From a virus (lineage: Duplodnaviria; Caudoviricetes): a stretch of 33,358 nt of DNA. The translations under genes and the position numbers were made by a program. The stretch is from positions 1-33,358 of the IMG/VR virus record IMGVR_UViG_3300049139_000081, one strand, 5' to 3'. Under the pieces are notes generated by a model. That model ran no database searches. It saw only the letters and a list, made by a program, of their open reading frames with translations, and was not told the origin of the DNA. This document shows, piece after piece, positions 9,357 through 18,931 of this stretch (position 1 is the first letter of the stretch; every line of letters starts with the position of its first letter).

Positions 9357-9758
9357 ATGGCACTTCTCAGCAGGGATCAGATCGATGCCGTAGATGACCG
9401 CAAGTGGGAGGACGTCCCCGTTCCCGAGTGGGGTGGAGAGGTGCGGATCGTCGGCATGTCCGGCACCGCCCGCAACGCCTACCAGCAGGAGCTGGTCGTC
9501 ATCGGCGGTGACGGCAAGCCGAAGTCGGTGAACCTGGACGACCAGCTGGCCAAGCTGCTCGCCAAGTGCATCGTGGGCGAGGACTTCAAGCGTCTCTACA
9601 CCGACCGCGAGGTGAAGGCCCTCGGCGCGAAGAACGGCGCCGTCCTCGAGCGCCTCGCCAAGGTCGCCAAGCGGCTGTCCGGCCTCGGCGACGACGCGGT
9701 CGAGGAAGCAGCGGGAAACTCCGAGCCCGGCCAGAGCGGCTCTTCTACTTCCGCCTAG
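9357..9758 (+). CDS. Tail assembly chaperone (short form)
   Basis: LLSRDQI..VPVPEWGGEV; lies between tail tube and tape measure genes. Confidence 0.88.
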   Translation: MALLSRDQIDAVDDRKWEDVPVPEWGGEVRIVGMSGTARNAYQQELVVIGGDGKPKSVNLDDQLAKLLAKCIVGEDFKRLYTDREVKALGAKNGAVLERLAKVAKRLSGLGDDAVEEAAGNSEPGQSGSSTSA

Positions 9759-10084
9759 CCGGGCATCTGGGTGCCCGGTCCGTGCGGCACATGCTCGCCG
9801 ACATCGACTCGGACGAACTGACCGAGTGGATGGCCTACGAGCAGCTCACCGGGCCGCTCGGGCCGGACCGGGGTGACGTGCTGCACGGCATCCAGACGGC
9901 GGTCATCGCCAACACGACGGCCGGCAAGGGCCGCAAGGCCCGGCCGAAGGACTTCATCCCCAAGTGGGATCAGACCAAGTCGGCCGACTGGCAGGACATG
10001 CTCGCCACCGCGCGGGCGCTGACCAGCCGTCTCGGCGGCACCGACACCACGCGAGGGGGCGGTCATGGCGACGCCGCTGGATGA
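9357..10084 (+). CDS. Tail assembly chaperone long form via -1 frameshift at 9713-9719
   Basis: G GGA AAC in frame near the end of the short ORF; the -1 frame stays open to 10084 and encodes SDELTEWMAYE..GP. Confidence 0.85.
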
Positions 10085-12173
10085 GCTGCTGGTAGAGATC
10101 GGCATCGACGCGGACGACCTCACCCGGGGTGTGGACGGGGCGGCCGATGACGTCGAACGCTCCCTCTCCGGCGTCGGGGACGCCGCCGACACCATGGGCC
10201 GGGACATCATCCAGGTCGCCGACGATGCATCGGCAGCGCTGGACGACGTCGGCGCATCCGCCGACGAGGCCGCACAGGGGGCAGAGCAGGCGGCGGGCAA
10301 TGTCGAAGGCTCCCTTCGGGGGATCGCCGCAGGCGCCGCCGGCGTCGCTGTGGGCGGCCTGTTCGTGGCTGGTTTGACGTCGGCGATGGACATCAAGGCC
10401 GCGAGCGCGAAGCTGACCACCCAGCTCGGGCTCACTGCCGAGGAGTCCAAGCGCGCTGGCACGATCGCGGGCGAGGTGTTCAAGGACGGGTTTTCCGACT
10501 CGATCGGCGGCGTGAACGACGCCCTGGCCTCTGTCGCGTCGGCGATGGGCGGCTTCGGGAAGCTGAGTGACGACGAACTGTCGTCCATGACGAAGAACGC
10601 GATCACGCTCGCGGAGACGTTCGAGATGGACGTGGGCGAGGCAGCGACGGCGGCCGGGCAGCTCATCGCCAACAACCTGGTGAAGGACGGAACTGAGGCC
10701 TTCGACGTACTCATGGGCGCCGCCCAGAGGCTGCCGAAGAGCATGGTCGCCGACCTCCCCGCAATCATCACCGAGTACGGCAAGCACTTCGACCGGATCG
10801 GCCTCGATGCGCAGACCGCATTCGGGATGATGTCGCAGTACGTCCAGGCCGGCGGCCGCGACCTCGATCAGGCCGCCGACGTCCTGCACGAGTTCGCCCG
10901 CATCACGTCCGAGGAGTCCGAGCGCGCCTCGGACGCCCTGAAGGAGATGGGGCTTCCCGCGAAGCAGATGCTCAAGGACATCAACGCGGGCGGGGAACCG
11001 GCACGGGAAGCGCTGCAGAAGACCATCGAGGGCCTGCGCGGCATCAAGGACCCGGCGAAGCAAGCCGAGCTGGGGGTGGCCCTGTTCGGCGACATGGCCG
11101 GTGAGGGCGCCGATGCGCTGTGGGCGATGGACCCGGCCACCGCGGCGGCCGCCACCGGCATGGACAACGTCGAAGGTGCGGCCCGCAAGGCGGCCGACGC
11201 CGTGGAGGAGTCGAAGACCTTCGATGCGGCCTGGCGGCAGATCTCCACCACCCTGGGCGAGACGCTGGCCCCGGCGCTGGAGAAGGTCGGCGACTTCATG
11301 ACCGAGCACCCGGAGCTGATGAAGATCGTCGTACCGGCCGTTCTCCTGCTGGCCGCGGCCTTCACCGTGTTCTCGCTGGCCGTGTGGGCGGTCAACTCCG
11401 CCATGTGGGCGAGCCCCTTCACCTGGGTGGGCGTCGCCATCGTCGCCCTGATCGCCATCATCGTGCTGATCATCGCCAAGTGGGATGAGCTGAGCGCGGC
11501 GACCGAGGCGGCCTGGCGGTGGATCACAGACAAGGTCGGTGCGGGGATCGACTGGATCACAGGCAAGGTCGGGGCCGGTATCGACTGGCTCGACGAGAAA
11601 TGGGACCAGGGCTGGGCCTGGGCCGAGGACAAGACCGAGAGCACCGTGGACGCCATCCTCGGCGCGGTCGCCTGGCTGGACGCCATCCCGGGACAGGTCG
11701 CAGGCTGGTTCGGCGAGGTCATCTCCTACGTCGCCAGCCTCCCGGGCCGCATCGGCCGGGCCGCCTCCGGCATGTGGGACAGCATCGTGTGGAACTTCAA
11801 GAACGCCGTCAACCAGCTGATCTGGATGTGGAACTCCCTCAGCTTCACGCTGGGCGGCGGCAACTTCATGGGGGTCGACATCCCCACGGTGACCCTCCAC
11901 ACCCCGGACATCCCGTACCTGGCCGAGGGCGGAATCACGACCGGCCCGACGCTGGCCATGATCGGCGAGGGCCGCGAGCAGGAAGCCGTTCTGCCGCTGT
12001 CGAAGCTGGAGTCCCTGCTCAACACCACAGCCCCGGCCGTGGCCCGCGTGTCCCCCGATGACCGGCACCTGGTGCTGGAACTGCGCGGCGGGAGCCGTGC
12101 CTTCCGGGAGTTCTTCCAGGAGTCCGTGCGCGTCACCGCCGGCGGGGACGTCGTCAAGTTCACAGAAGGGTGA
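10065..12173 (+). CDS. Tape measure protein
   Basis: 702 aa, Ala-rich and helical, hydrophobic segment, 11-residue Trp periodicity, C-terminal LAEGGITTGPTLAMIGEG. Confidence 0.93.
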   Translation: MATPLDELLVEIGIDADDLTRGVDGAADDVERSLSGVGDAADTMGRDIIQVADDASAALDDVGASADEAAQGAEQAAGNVEGSLRGIAAGAAGVAVGGLFVAGLTSAMDIKAASAKLTTQLGLTAEESKRAGTIAGEVFKDGFSDSIGGVNDALASVASAMGGFGKLSDDELSSMTKNAITLAETFEMDVGEAATAAGQLIANNLVKDGTEAFDVLMGAAQRLPKSMVADLPAIITEYGKHFDRIGLDAQTAFGMMSQYVQAGGRDLDQAADVLHEFARITSEESERASDALKEMGLPAKQMLKDINAGGEPAREALQKTIEGLRGIKDPAKQAELGVALFGDMAGEGADALWAMDPATAAAATGMDNVEGAARKAADAVEESKTFDAAWRQISTTLGETLAPALEKVGDFMTEHPELMKIVVPAVLLLAAAFTVFSLAVWAVNSAMWASPFTWVGVAIVALIAIIVLIIAKWDELSAATEAAWRWITDKVGAGIDWITGKVGAGIDWLDEKWDQGWAWAEDKTESTVDAILGAVAWLDAIPGQVAGWFGEVISYVASLPGRIGRAASGMWDSIVWNFKNAVNQLIWMWNSLSFTLGGGNFMGVDIPTVTLHTPDIPYLAEGGITTGPTLAMIGEGREQEAVLPLSKLESLLNTTAPAVARVSPDDRHLVLELRGGSRAFREFFQESVRVTAGGDVVKFTEG
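11520..11588 (+). repeat. 33-bp tandem duplication in the tape measure gene
   Basis: TGGATCACAG.CAAGGTCGG.GC.GG.ATCGAC at 11520 and 11553 (WIT.KVGAGID x2). Confidence 0.85.
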
Positions 12174-12184
12174 GGTGATCCGGC

Positions 12185-15100
12185 GTGCCGAGCCTGCCGC
12201 CGTCCATCTGGGCTGAGCTGTACTACAGCGGCACCTGGAACGACGTTACGGACGACGTACTCACGCGGGCGCCCGTCACCGTCACCCGGGGCCTGTCCTC
12301 GGAGTCGTCGTCCACGGCCGAGCCGACGTCGTGCACCTGCGACCTGGCCAGCCGGGACAACCGGTACGCGCCCCGCAACCCGTCGTCGCCGCTGTACGGG
12401 CTGATCGGCCGTAACACGCCGTTCCGTTGGGGGTACGAGGCCGGGCCGCCCTGGGCGCTCTTCGACAGCCCCGACACGGTCTACCAGTCGCTGTTCGTCA
12501 ACGACACCGCGGCCCTGGACGTGACCGGGGACCTCGACCTGCGCCTGGACATCGCGCTGGAGGACTGGTCCAAGTCGCAGCTGCTGGCGCTGCGGGCCGT
12601 GCCGAGCAGCAACTACTGCTGGGCGCTGGAGATCGTCAACGGTGCTCTGGTGCTCCAGTGGTACCCCGACGGCACCACCGCCAGCCGGGCACACCGCACT
12701 GCCACCGACATCATCCGCGGCTACAACGGGCAGCGCATGGCGGTGCGCGCCACCCTCGACATCAACAACGGCGCCGGCGGCCACACGGTCCGCTTCTACA
12801 CCGGCCGCACCGTCGACGACGAGGAATGGCACCTGCTCGGGGAGCCGGTCACGGCCAGCGGCACCACCAGCGTGTTCGCGGGCAACGCGTACATGGAGAT
12901 CGGCGGCAGCTTCGGCGCCTCCAACCTGGGCCCGGACGGCGGCTTCATCCCCGACATGCGCGGCCGCGCCTACGGGCTGAAGCTCCTGGACGGCAGCACG
13001 GTCAAGGTCAACATGAGCACGGCGTCGGCCACTCCGGGCGGCGGCACGTTCGTGGACTCCACCGGCGTGACCTGGGGGCGCGGCGGCACCGCGGTCCTCA
13101 CCAACCGGCACATCCGCATGGCCGGAGAGGTGCCCGCCTGGCCGCCCACCCGCGACCTGTCCGGGAACGACAACTACGTCTCCATCAACCCCTCCGGGCT
13201 GACGCGGCGGATGGACGCCGGGAACAGGCCGCAGGACAGCGCGCTGCTGCGCTACATCAAGAACCACAACCCGGTGGAGTGCTGGCCGCTCACGGACGGG
13301 CCCCGCACCACCGGCGCCAAGAGTCTGGTGGGCGGGCAGGACATGCAGCAGGAGATCCTGATCGGTGAGGACACGGCCGCCGACTGGCAGGGCGGGAGCC
13401 TCGCCGAATGGATCGAGCCCGTCCTGTCGGTCAAGGCCCGGACGACCGGGCACGTGCGCGGCGGCCTGCCCCGCACGGCGGGCACCGATGCGTTCTGGTC
13501 GGTGGACCTGTTCCTGTCCGGCGGCGGCATCCCCAGCACGGGCCAGTTCACGGTCGCCGACCGGGGCGCCGGCACCGACGAGGACAACCAGCACACCATT
13601 CAGATCATCTTCACCGGCAGCCTCGACCGGCTCACCGTCGTCCGGCAGTCCTACGGCGCAGAGTCCTCCAGCTCGTCCCTGCTGGGGAACATCGACGGGG
13701 TCGGCATCTACGACGAGGAGCCGCACCACCTGCGGCTGTCCATCGACCCGCAGTCCCCGAGCACCCTGTGGTACCTGTACGTGGACGGGACGCTGCGGGG
13801 CAACGGCACCATCTCCAGCATCGTCTTCAAGTCGGCCCAGCAGGTCCTCTTCGGCTGGGGTTTCGCCACCATCGACGGCACCACCATGACCGACAGGTCG
13901 GTCGGCTACATCACGTACTGGGACGGCACCGGACCCAGCGCCGCCGACATCTACGAGGCGTACATGGGCTTCCCCGGCGAGAAGGCCGGCACGCGCATCG
14001 AGCGGCTGGCCACGGAGAACGGCTACACGGCCTCCGTGGCGGGCGGCGAGGCGTTCCAGCAGCCGCTGGGCATCCAGGGGCAGAAGAAGCTGCTGGACCT
14101 GCTCACCGAGGCGAGCCGGACGGACTTCGGCTACCTGCTGGACGCCCGGGACCGGATCGAGATCATCCACCGCAGCGGGAGCACGCTGTGGAACCAGGAG
14201 CCCGCACTGGTCCTGGACTACTCCGCCGGCCTCATCAGCCCGCCCTTCCGGCCCGTCGACGACGACAAGCTCACCGAGAACGACGTCAGCGTGCGGCGCG
14301 AGTTCGGGTCGGTTCCGGCCCGGGAGGTCCTCGAGGAAGGGGAGATGTCCGTCCTGGCGCCGGAGGACGGCGGGGTGGGCCGCTACGACACCTCGTACAC
14401 CTACAGCCTGGAGACCGACGACCAGGCCCGGCAGGTCGCCGGGATGCGCCTGCACCTGGGCACCTACAACGGCGTCCGCTACACACGCATCACCCTGAAC
14501 CTGGCCAACCCGAGAGTCTTCGAGCACATCGACGACATCCTGCGCCTGGACGTCGGGGACAAGCTGCGGCTGACGAACCTCCCGCCGGATCACGGCCCGG
14601 ACGACGTCGACGTACTGGTGGCCGGCTACACCGAGGAAGCCGGACCGGACACCTGGACGATCACGTTCAACTGCGTGCCCGGCGAGCCGTGGAACGCGGC
14701 CGTGGTCGAGTCCGGCACCTACGGCCGGGTGGACACCGCGGGCTCCGAACTGGCCCGCGCCGTGACCGAGTCGGACACGAGCATCAGGGTCACCACCACG
14801 GCCGTCCGCCCGTGGGTGCAGTCGACCGACTCCCCAACCGATTTCCCCTTCGACATCCGCACCGGCGGCGAGGTCATGCGCGTGACCGCGTGCACGCCCC
14901 TCGCCTACGACTCCTTCACCCGCACCGTGGCGGGCGGCTGGGGCACCGCACCGAGCGGCCAGGCGTGGACGACAGCGGGCGGCACGACGTCCACCTACGA
15001 CGTCAACGGCAGCGCGGGACGGCACATCCAGAGCCCGTTCGGGGTGTCCCGCCACACCGTCATCCCGGTCCTCGTCGCCGACGTCGACGTCCGGCTCGAC

Positions 15101-15610
15101 TGGTCCATGTCCGCCGGCGCCGCCACCGTGACGAACAACGCCTACGCCGTGGCCCGCTACACCGGCACCGACGACATGTATATGGCGCAGGCGCAGGTCA
15201 GCACGTCCGGCACCATCACCATCGCGCTGCGCCGGCGCGTCGCCGGCACGGAGACCGAACTGGCCTCGCTCAGCACCGGGCTCACGCACACCCCCGGCGC
15301 CTGGTACTCGCTGCGGTTCGAGGTCCGCGGCAGCACCCTGCGGGCCAAGACGTGGCCGAAGGGCGAGACGGAGCCGACGGCCTGGCAGGTCACGGCCACG
15401 GACACCTCGCTCACCGCGGCCGGGTCGGTGGGGTTCCGCACGTTCATCAGCAGCACCAGCACCGCCCCGGCGGGCATGACGGTCAGCTGCGACACCCTCG
15501 CAGTGTCCCCCCAGCTGATGCAGGTGACCCGCAGCATCAACGGCGTCGTCAAAACACACTCGGCCGGCCAGGACGTCCGCCTGGCCACCCCCGTCTACGT
15601 GGCGCTGTAG
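12185..15610 (+). CDS. Large minor tail (tail tip) protein
   Basis: 1141 aa directly after tape measure; RYAPRNPSSPLYGLIGRNTP; T/S/G-rich beta regions; GGEVMRVT and VTRSINGVVKTH. Confidence 0.85.
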   Translation: MPSLPPSIWAELYYSGTWNDVTDDVLTRAPVTVTRGLSSESSSTAEPTSCTCDLASRDNRYAPRNPSSPLYGLIGRNTPFRWGYEAGPPWALFDSPDTVYQSLFVNDTAALDVTGDLDLRLDIALEDWSKSQLLALRAVPSSNYCWALEIVNGALVLQWYPDGTTASRAHRTATDIIRGYNGQRMAVRATLDINNGAGGHTVRFYTGRTVDDEEWHLLGEPVTASGTTSVFAGNAYMEIGGSFGASNLGPDGGFIPDMRGRAYGLKLLDGSTVKVNMSTASATPGGGTFVDSTGVTWGRGGTAVLTNRHIRMAGEVPAWPPTRDLSGNDNYVSINPSGLTRRMDAGNRPQDSALLRYIKNHNPVECWPLTDGPRTTGAKSLVGGQDMQQEILIGEDTAADWQGGSLAEWIEPVLSVKARTTGHVRGGLPRTAGTDAFWSVDLFLSGGGIPSTGQFTVADRGAGTDEDNQHTIQIIFTGSLDRLTVVRQSYGAESSSSSLLGNIDGVGIYDEEPHHLRLSIDPQSPSTLWYLYVDGTLRGNGTISSIVFKSAQQVLFGWGFATIDGTTMTDRSVGYITYWDGTGPSAADIYEAYMGFPGEKAGTRIERLATENGYTASVAGGEAFQQPLGIQGQKKLLDLLTEASRTDFGYLLDARDRIEIIHRSGSTLWNQEPALVLDYSAGLISPPFRPVDDDKLTENDVSVRREFGSVPAREVLEEGEMSVLAPEDGGVGRYDTSYTYSLETDDQARQVAGMRLHLGTYNGVRYTRITLNLANPRVFEHIDDILRLDVGDKLRLTNLPPDHGPDDVDVLVAGYTEEAGPDTWTITFNCVPGEPWNAAVVESGTYGRVDTAGSELARAVTESDTSIRVTTTAVRPWVQSTDSPTDFPFDIRTGGEVMRVTACTPLAYDSFTRTVAGGWGTAPSGQAWTTAGGTTSTYDVNGSAGRHIQSPFGVSRHTVIPVLVADVDVRLDWSMSAGAATVTNNAYAVARYTGTDDMYMAQAQVSTSGTITIALRRRVAGTETELASLSTGLTHTPGAWYSLRFEVRGSTLRAKTWPKGETEPTAWQVTATDTSLTAAGSVGFRTFISSTSTAPAGMTVSCDTLAVSPQLMQVTRSINGVVKTHSAGQDVRLATPVYVAL

Positions 15611-15619
15611 GAGGCGGCA

Positions 15620-16036
15620 GTGACTCTCTGGCTCGCCGGGATGCGGATCACCGCGGACCGGCTCATGGACCACACGATCGAGGTGCAGACGACCACCGGC
15701 CTGGTCGCCGCCACCGACTTCAGCGTGAGCACGTTCGGCGGCTACAAGGTGGGCGGCATGACCACCGTCAACGTCGTCCTGACCTACACCGGCGCCTCGG
15801 CGATCACCGCGAACGCGGCGGGCAACATCACCGACAAGCAGTGCTGCACCCTGCCGTCCGGATGGCGGCCGCTCTTCACGATCAGCACCAGCTACGACCG
15901 CAGCGGCGTGGCGGACGGCGCCCTGACCATCGCCTCGGACGGCGCGTGCACGCTCAAGACGCTGAGCCCGACGGCCACGATCAACTCCGGCAACCTGATC
16001 ACCTTCATGGCCACATGGGTCAGCGGAAACGCCTGA
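15620..16036 (+). CDS. Minor tail protein
   Basis: WLAGMRITADRL N-terminus, TLPSGWRP motif typical of tail fibre tip domains; GGAGG RBS. Confidence 0.75.
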   Translation: MTLWLAGMRITADRLMDHTIEVQTTTGLVAATDFSVSTFGGYKVGGMTTVNVVLTYTGASAITANAAGNITDKQCCTLPSGWRPLFTISTSYDRSGVADGALTIASDGACTLKTLSPTATINSGNLITFMATWVSGNA

Positions 16037-16062
16037 CCATCCCTCACACAAGGAGACACAGC

Positions 16063-16317
16063 ATGCCCTTGGGAACCCCGCAGGGCCCCACGCAAAGCCA
16101 GTGGACCATCAACGCCACCAGCGTCCTCACGGTCGGCGAGTACACCGTCCCCTTCGAGATCAAGGCGACGCCCGACGACCCGGACGCGGACGGCGTCGAG
16201 GAAATCGTGCAGCGGCTCGTCGACCTCATCGACAGCTCGGAGCACTTCACCGTGAACTACGCCGGCCGCAGCTACGGATACCAGCAGCGGATGACGCCCA
16301 CCGAGCCCGCCGCCTGA
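16063..16317 (+). CDS. Hypothetical protein (84 aa)
   Basis: AAGGAG RBS before ATG 16063; high GC3; fills the gap before endolysin. Confidence 0.7.
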   Translation: MPLGTPQGPTQSQWTINATSVLTVGEYTVPFEIKATPDDPDADGVEEIVQRLVDLIDSSEHFTVNYAGRSYGYQQRMTPTEPAA

Positions 16318-16333
16318 TACCCGCCCGCACCAC

Positions 16334-16363
16334 GCCCCGAGCCCGCCGGCCGGGGCCTTTCTC
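16334..16363 (+). terminator. Hairpin with U tract upstream of endolysin (copy 2 of the repeated motif)
   Basis: GCCCCG-agcccgccggc-CGGGGC then CTTTCTC. Confidence 0.5.
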
Positions 16364-16378
16364 ATGCCTGGAGGCACC

Positions 16379-17308
16379 GTGTCACCACCCATGTCCGCCG
16401 CACAGTTCGTGCGCGCCCTGAAGGCAGAGGGCCTCACAGTCGTCGAGGTCGGCGACTGGCCGGAGCACAACCGCAACCACAAGGGGCCCTGGGGCCCGGT
16501 CCACGGCGTGATGATCCACCACACCGTGACCAAGGGCTCGGCCCGCACGGTCGACATCTGCCGCCACGGCTACGCGAGCCTGCCGGGCCCGCTGTGCCAC
16601 GGCGTCATCACCAAGGACGGCCGGGTCCACCTCGTCGGCTACGGCCGCGCCAACCACGCCGGATCCGGCGACGACGACGTGCTGCGGGCCGTCATCGGGG
16701 AGAAGGCCCTCCCGGCGGACAACGAGACCAACACCGACGGGAACCGGCACTTCTACGGCTTCGAGTGCGAGAACCTCGGCGACGGCCGCGACCCGTGGCC
16801 CGAGGCGCAGCTGCTCGCCATCGAGAAGGCCGCGGCCGCCCTCTGCCGGCACCACGGCTGGGACGAGCGCTCGGTGATCGGCCACCTGGAGTGGCAGCCC
16901 GGCAAGGTCGACCCGCGCGGCTTCACCATGACGTCGATGCGCGGCCGCATCGCCAAGCGGCTCGGCGGCAAGCCGTCCACCGGCGGCGGCTCATCGAGCG
17001 GCGGCACGTACACCGTGCGGAGCGGCGACACCCTATGGGCGATCGCCCGAGCGCACGGCACCACGGTGCCCGCGCTCGTCGACCTCAACGACCTGCGAGA
17101 CCCCAGCCGCCTCGCCCTCGGGCAGACGCTGAAGCTGCCCGGCGCCGCGACCACCACCTACACCGTGGCCCGCGGAGACACCCTCTGGTCCATCGCGGCC
17201 TCCAAGCTCGGCGACGGCAACCGCTGGCGCGAGGTCGCCCAGCTCAACAAGCTCGCCGACGCCGACGACCTGAGCATCGGCCAGAAACTCAAGCTCCCCC
17301 GGAAGTAG
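16379..17308 (+). CDS. Endolysin: N-acetylmuramoyl-L-alanine amidase plus two LysM domains
   Basis: VMIHHT, ANHAG, GFECEN, VIGHLEW...DP amidase motifs; YTVRSGDTLWAIA and YTVARGDTLWSIA LysM repeats; GGAGG before GTG 16379. Confidence 0.93.
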   Translation: MSPPMSAAQFVRALKAEGLTVVEVGDWPEHNRNHKGPWGPVHGVMIHHTVTKGSARTVDICRHGYASLPGPLCHGVITKDGRVHLVGYGRANHAGSGDDDVLRAVIGEKALPADNETNTDGNRHFYGFECENLGDGRDPWPEAQLLAIEKAAAALCRHHGWDERSVIGHLEWQPGKVDPRGFTMTSMRGRIAKRLGGKPSTGGGSSSGGTYTVRSGDTLWAIARAHGTTVPALVDLNDLRDPSRLALGQTLKLPGAATTTYTVARGDTLWSIAASKLGDGNRWREVAQLNKLADADDLSIGQKLKLPRK

Positions 17309-17353
17309 CCAGCGCCGGGCGACCCCCACTTCAACTCACGACAGGACATCATC

Positions 17354-17620
17354 ATGACTCTGACCTCCGGAGCATTCTGGAAGGCCACCGGCGAGCGTGC
17401 GGTGCGCACCTTCGCGCAGGGCACTCTGGGCGCCGTCAGCGCCGACGGGCTCGGGCTGCTCGACGTCGACTGGGGCGCCGCGTTCGGTATCGGCGGGCTC
17501 GCCGCCGCCCTCGCCGTGCTCACCGCGATCGCGACGAGCGGCGGCACGGACGGGCCCGGCATCACCGAGACCGTCACCCGGCCGGGCATCACCACCCCGC
17601 GCGGCCCGGCGGGCGCCTGA
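17354..17620 (+). CDS. Holin (r1t-like)
   Basis: FWKATGERAVRTFAQ...VDW motif; two hydrophobic segments. Confidence 0.85.
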   Translation: MTLTSGAFWKATGERAVRTFAQGTLGAVSADGLGLLDVDWGAAFGIGGLAAALAVLTAIATSGGTDGPGITETVTRPGITTPRGPAGA

Positions 17621-18051
17621 TGCGCGCGGCGGCCCGGCGGCTCGCCCGACAGCTGGGCCGCCGCGGCGCACTCCTCACCCTCAAGGGCGTCATGGCCATG
17701 GGCTACGGATCCGGGCAGGTCGTCCAGCCGACCGGCGACCGGCAAGGCCTGACGCTGCTGCTGAAACTCGCACCCCTTCAGGTGTGGGGGTGGGCATGGA
17801 TCACCGCGGGCGTGCTCGCAGTCGTCTGCGCCTGGCTGCGGCAGCCGCACGACTGGCCCGGGTACCTCGCGGTGTGGCTCATCGCCACCCCGTGGGCCAT
17901 GGCCTACCTGCTCTCCTGGTGGCCACTCGGTGAGAGCCCTCGCGGGTGGGTCGTCGCAATGATCTTCGGCGCGTTCGGAGCCGTCTGCCTTGTCGCGATC
18001 GGCTGGGACGAGCCACCCCCGGCACGATCGGAGCCGCCCCGTGAGACCTGA
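17620..18051 (+). CDS. Multi-pass membrane protein of the lysis cassette
   Basis: TGATG-coupled to holin; about four Trp-rich hydrophobic segments. Confidence 0.75.
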   Translation: MRAAARRLARQLGRRGALLTLKGVMAMGYGSGQVVQPTGDRQGLTLLLKLAPLQVWGWAWITAGVLAVVCAWLRQPHDWPGYLAVWLIATPWAMAYLLSWWPLGESPRGWVVAMIFGAFGAVCLVAIGWDEPPPARSEPPRET

Positions 18052-18409
18052 GATGCTCACCGCCGTCAGCGCCCTCGCTGTCGCCGTCGTCACCGCCATC
18101 GGCGGCGTCGTGACAGCCGTCATCGGCCGGCGCCAGCCGCGCGGCCAGCAGCGTCGCGACGACTTCACCACCATCGTCACCGAGCTGCGCACCAACGTGG
18201 GCGAGTTGAAGACCGAACTCGCCGAGCAGAAGGCAGCATCCCAGCGCGACCGTGAGCGGATCACGGCCCAGGAGTTCGCCCTCCGGTACATCGCCGGGTG
18301 GGCGCGCTCCCTGGTCACCTACATGCGGCAGGCCCAGCTGGAGCCGCCACCGCCTCCGCAACCGGTGCCAGAGGAAGCTCGGCCGTTCCTCCACGACGTG
18401 GGGCTGTAG
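18041..18409 (+). CDS. Single-TM coiled-coil protein with Pro-rich tail (lysis accessory)
   Basis: N-terminal hydrophobic helix, heptad region, EPPPPPQPVP; start GTG 18041 or ATG 18053. Confidence 0.75.
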   Translation: MRPEMLTAVSALAVAVVTAIGGVVTAVIGRRQPRGQQRRDDFTTIVTELRTNVGELKTELAEQKAASQRDRERITAQEFALRYIAGWARSLVTYMRQAQLEPPPPPQPVPEEARPFLHDVGL

Positions 18410-18463
18410 AACCCGGACCGGCCCCGTGGTGGGAGGCCGGCCCGGGAGTCCCTCAACACGTGT

Positions 18464-18505
18464 GCCCCCGCTCTCCCCTGCTCATTGGGGAGGGCGGGGG
18501 CCTTT
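18464..18505 (+). terminator. Intrinsic terminator ending the late operon
   Basis: GCCCCCGCTCTCCCC / GGGGAGGGCGGGGGC stem (one G-U pair) then CTTT; lies between convergent genes. Confidence 0.8.
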
Positions 18506-18507
18506 CG

Positions 18508-18771
18508 TCATGTTTGGTGTCCGGTCGGCGGCATGGCGATGACGAACACGCCCTTGCCCTGTACGCCCTGCACCAGACCCTCGGCGACGAGTAGCTCGAT
18601 GGCGCTCTTGATGGTCCGCCTCGACACTGCGCCGCCGGTCTCTTCCTCCAGCTCGGACTGAGAGGGCAGACGCCGACCGACCGGGATTTCGCCGCGCCGG
18701 ATCCGGTCGCGCAGCACGTTGGCGAGCTGTACGTAGAGCGGCGTCATCGCGTCCCGGTCCAACTCGATCAT
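18508..18771 (-). CDS. Stand-alone GntR-family winged HTH regulator (87 aa)
   Basis: PLYVQLANVLRDRI..G..LPSQSEL..VSRRTIKSAI..L..EGLV..QGKGVFV; TACGGT-N6-ATG suggests a leaderless start. Confidence 0.9.
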   Translation of the reverse strand: MIELDRDAMTPLYVQLANVLRDRIRRGEIPVGRRLPSQSELEEETGGAVSRRTIKSAIELLVAEGLVQGVQGKGVFVIAMPPTGHQT

Positions 18772-18931
18772 GCTGCGACCGTAAGAGCACCACCCGTGCG
18801 GGCATAGATCTGCATAGTCCGTCTGAGGACGTACCAAGACGTGCCAAGGTGGCGTACAGTCCGGGAACACGAAGACCCCCGCGCCGTGCGACCGGCCGGG
18901 GGCGTGGCCACCGCTCGGAGGGAGCGACGAC

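Noticed and set aside
11726-16051. Very long antisense and off-frame ORFs (e.g. 11726-16051, 9954-12068, 3223-5079, 20346-22178, 27436-29367, 13408-16062)
   Set aside because: Shadow frames of high-GC3 genes; R/G/P/A-rich or mirror-codon composition, no motifs, fully overlapping well-supported genes.
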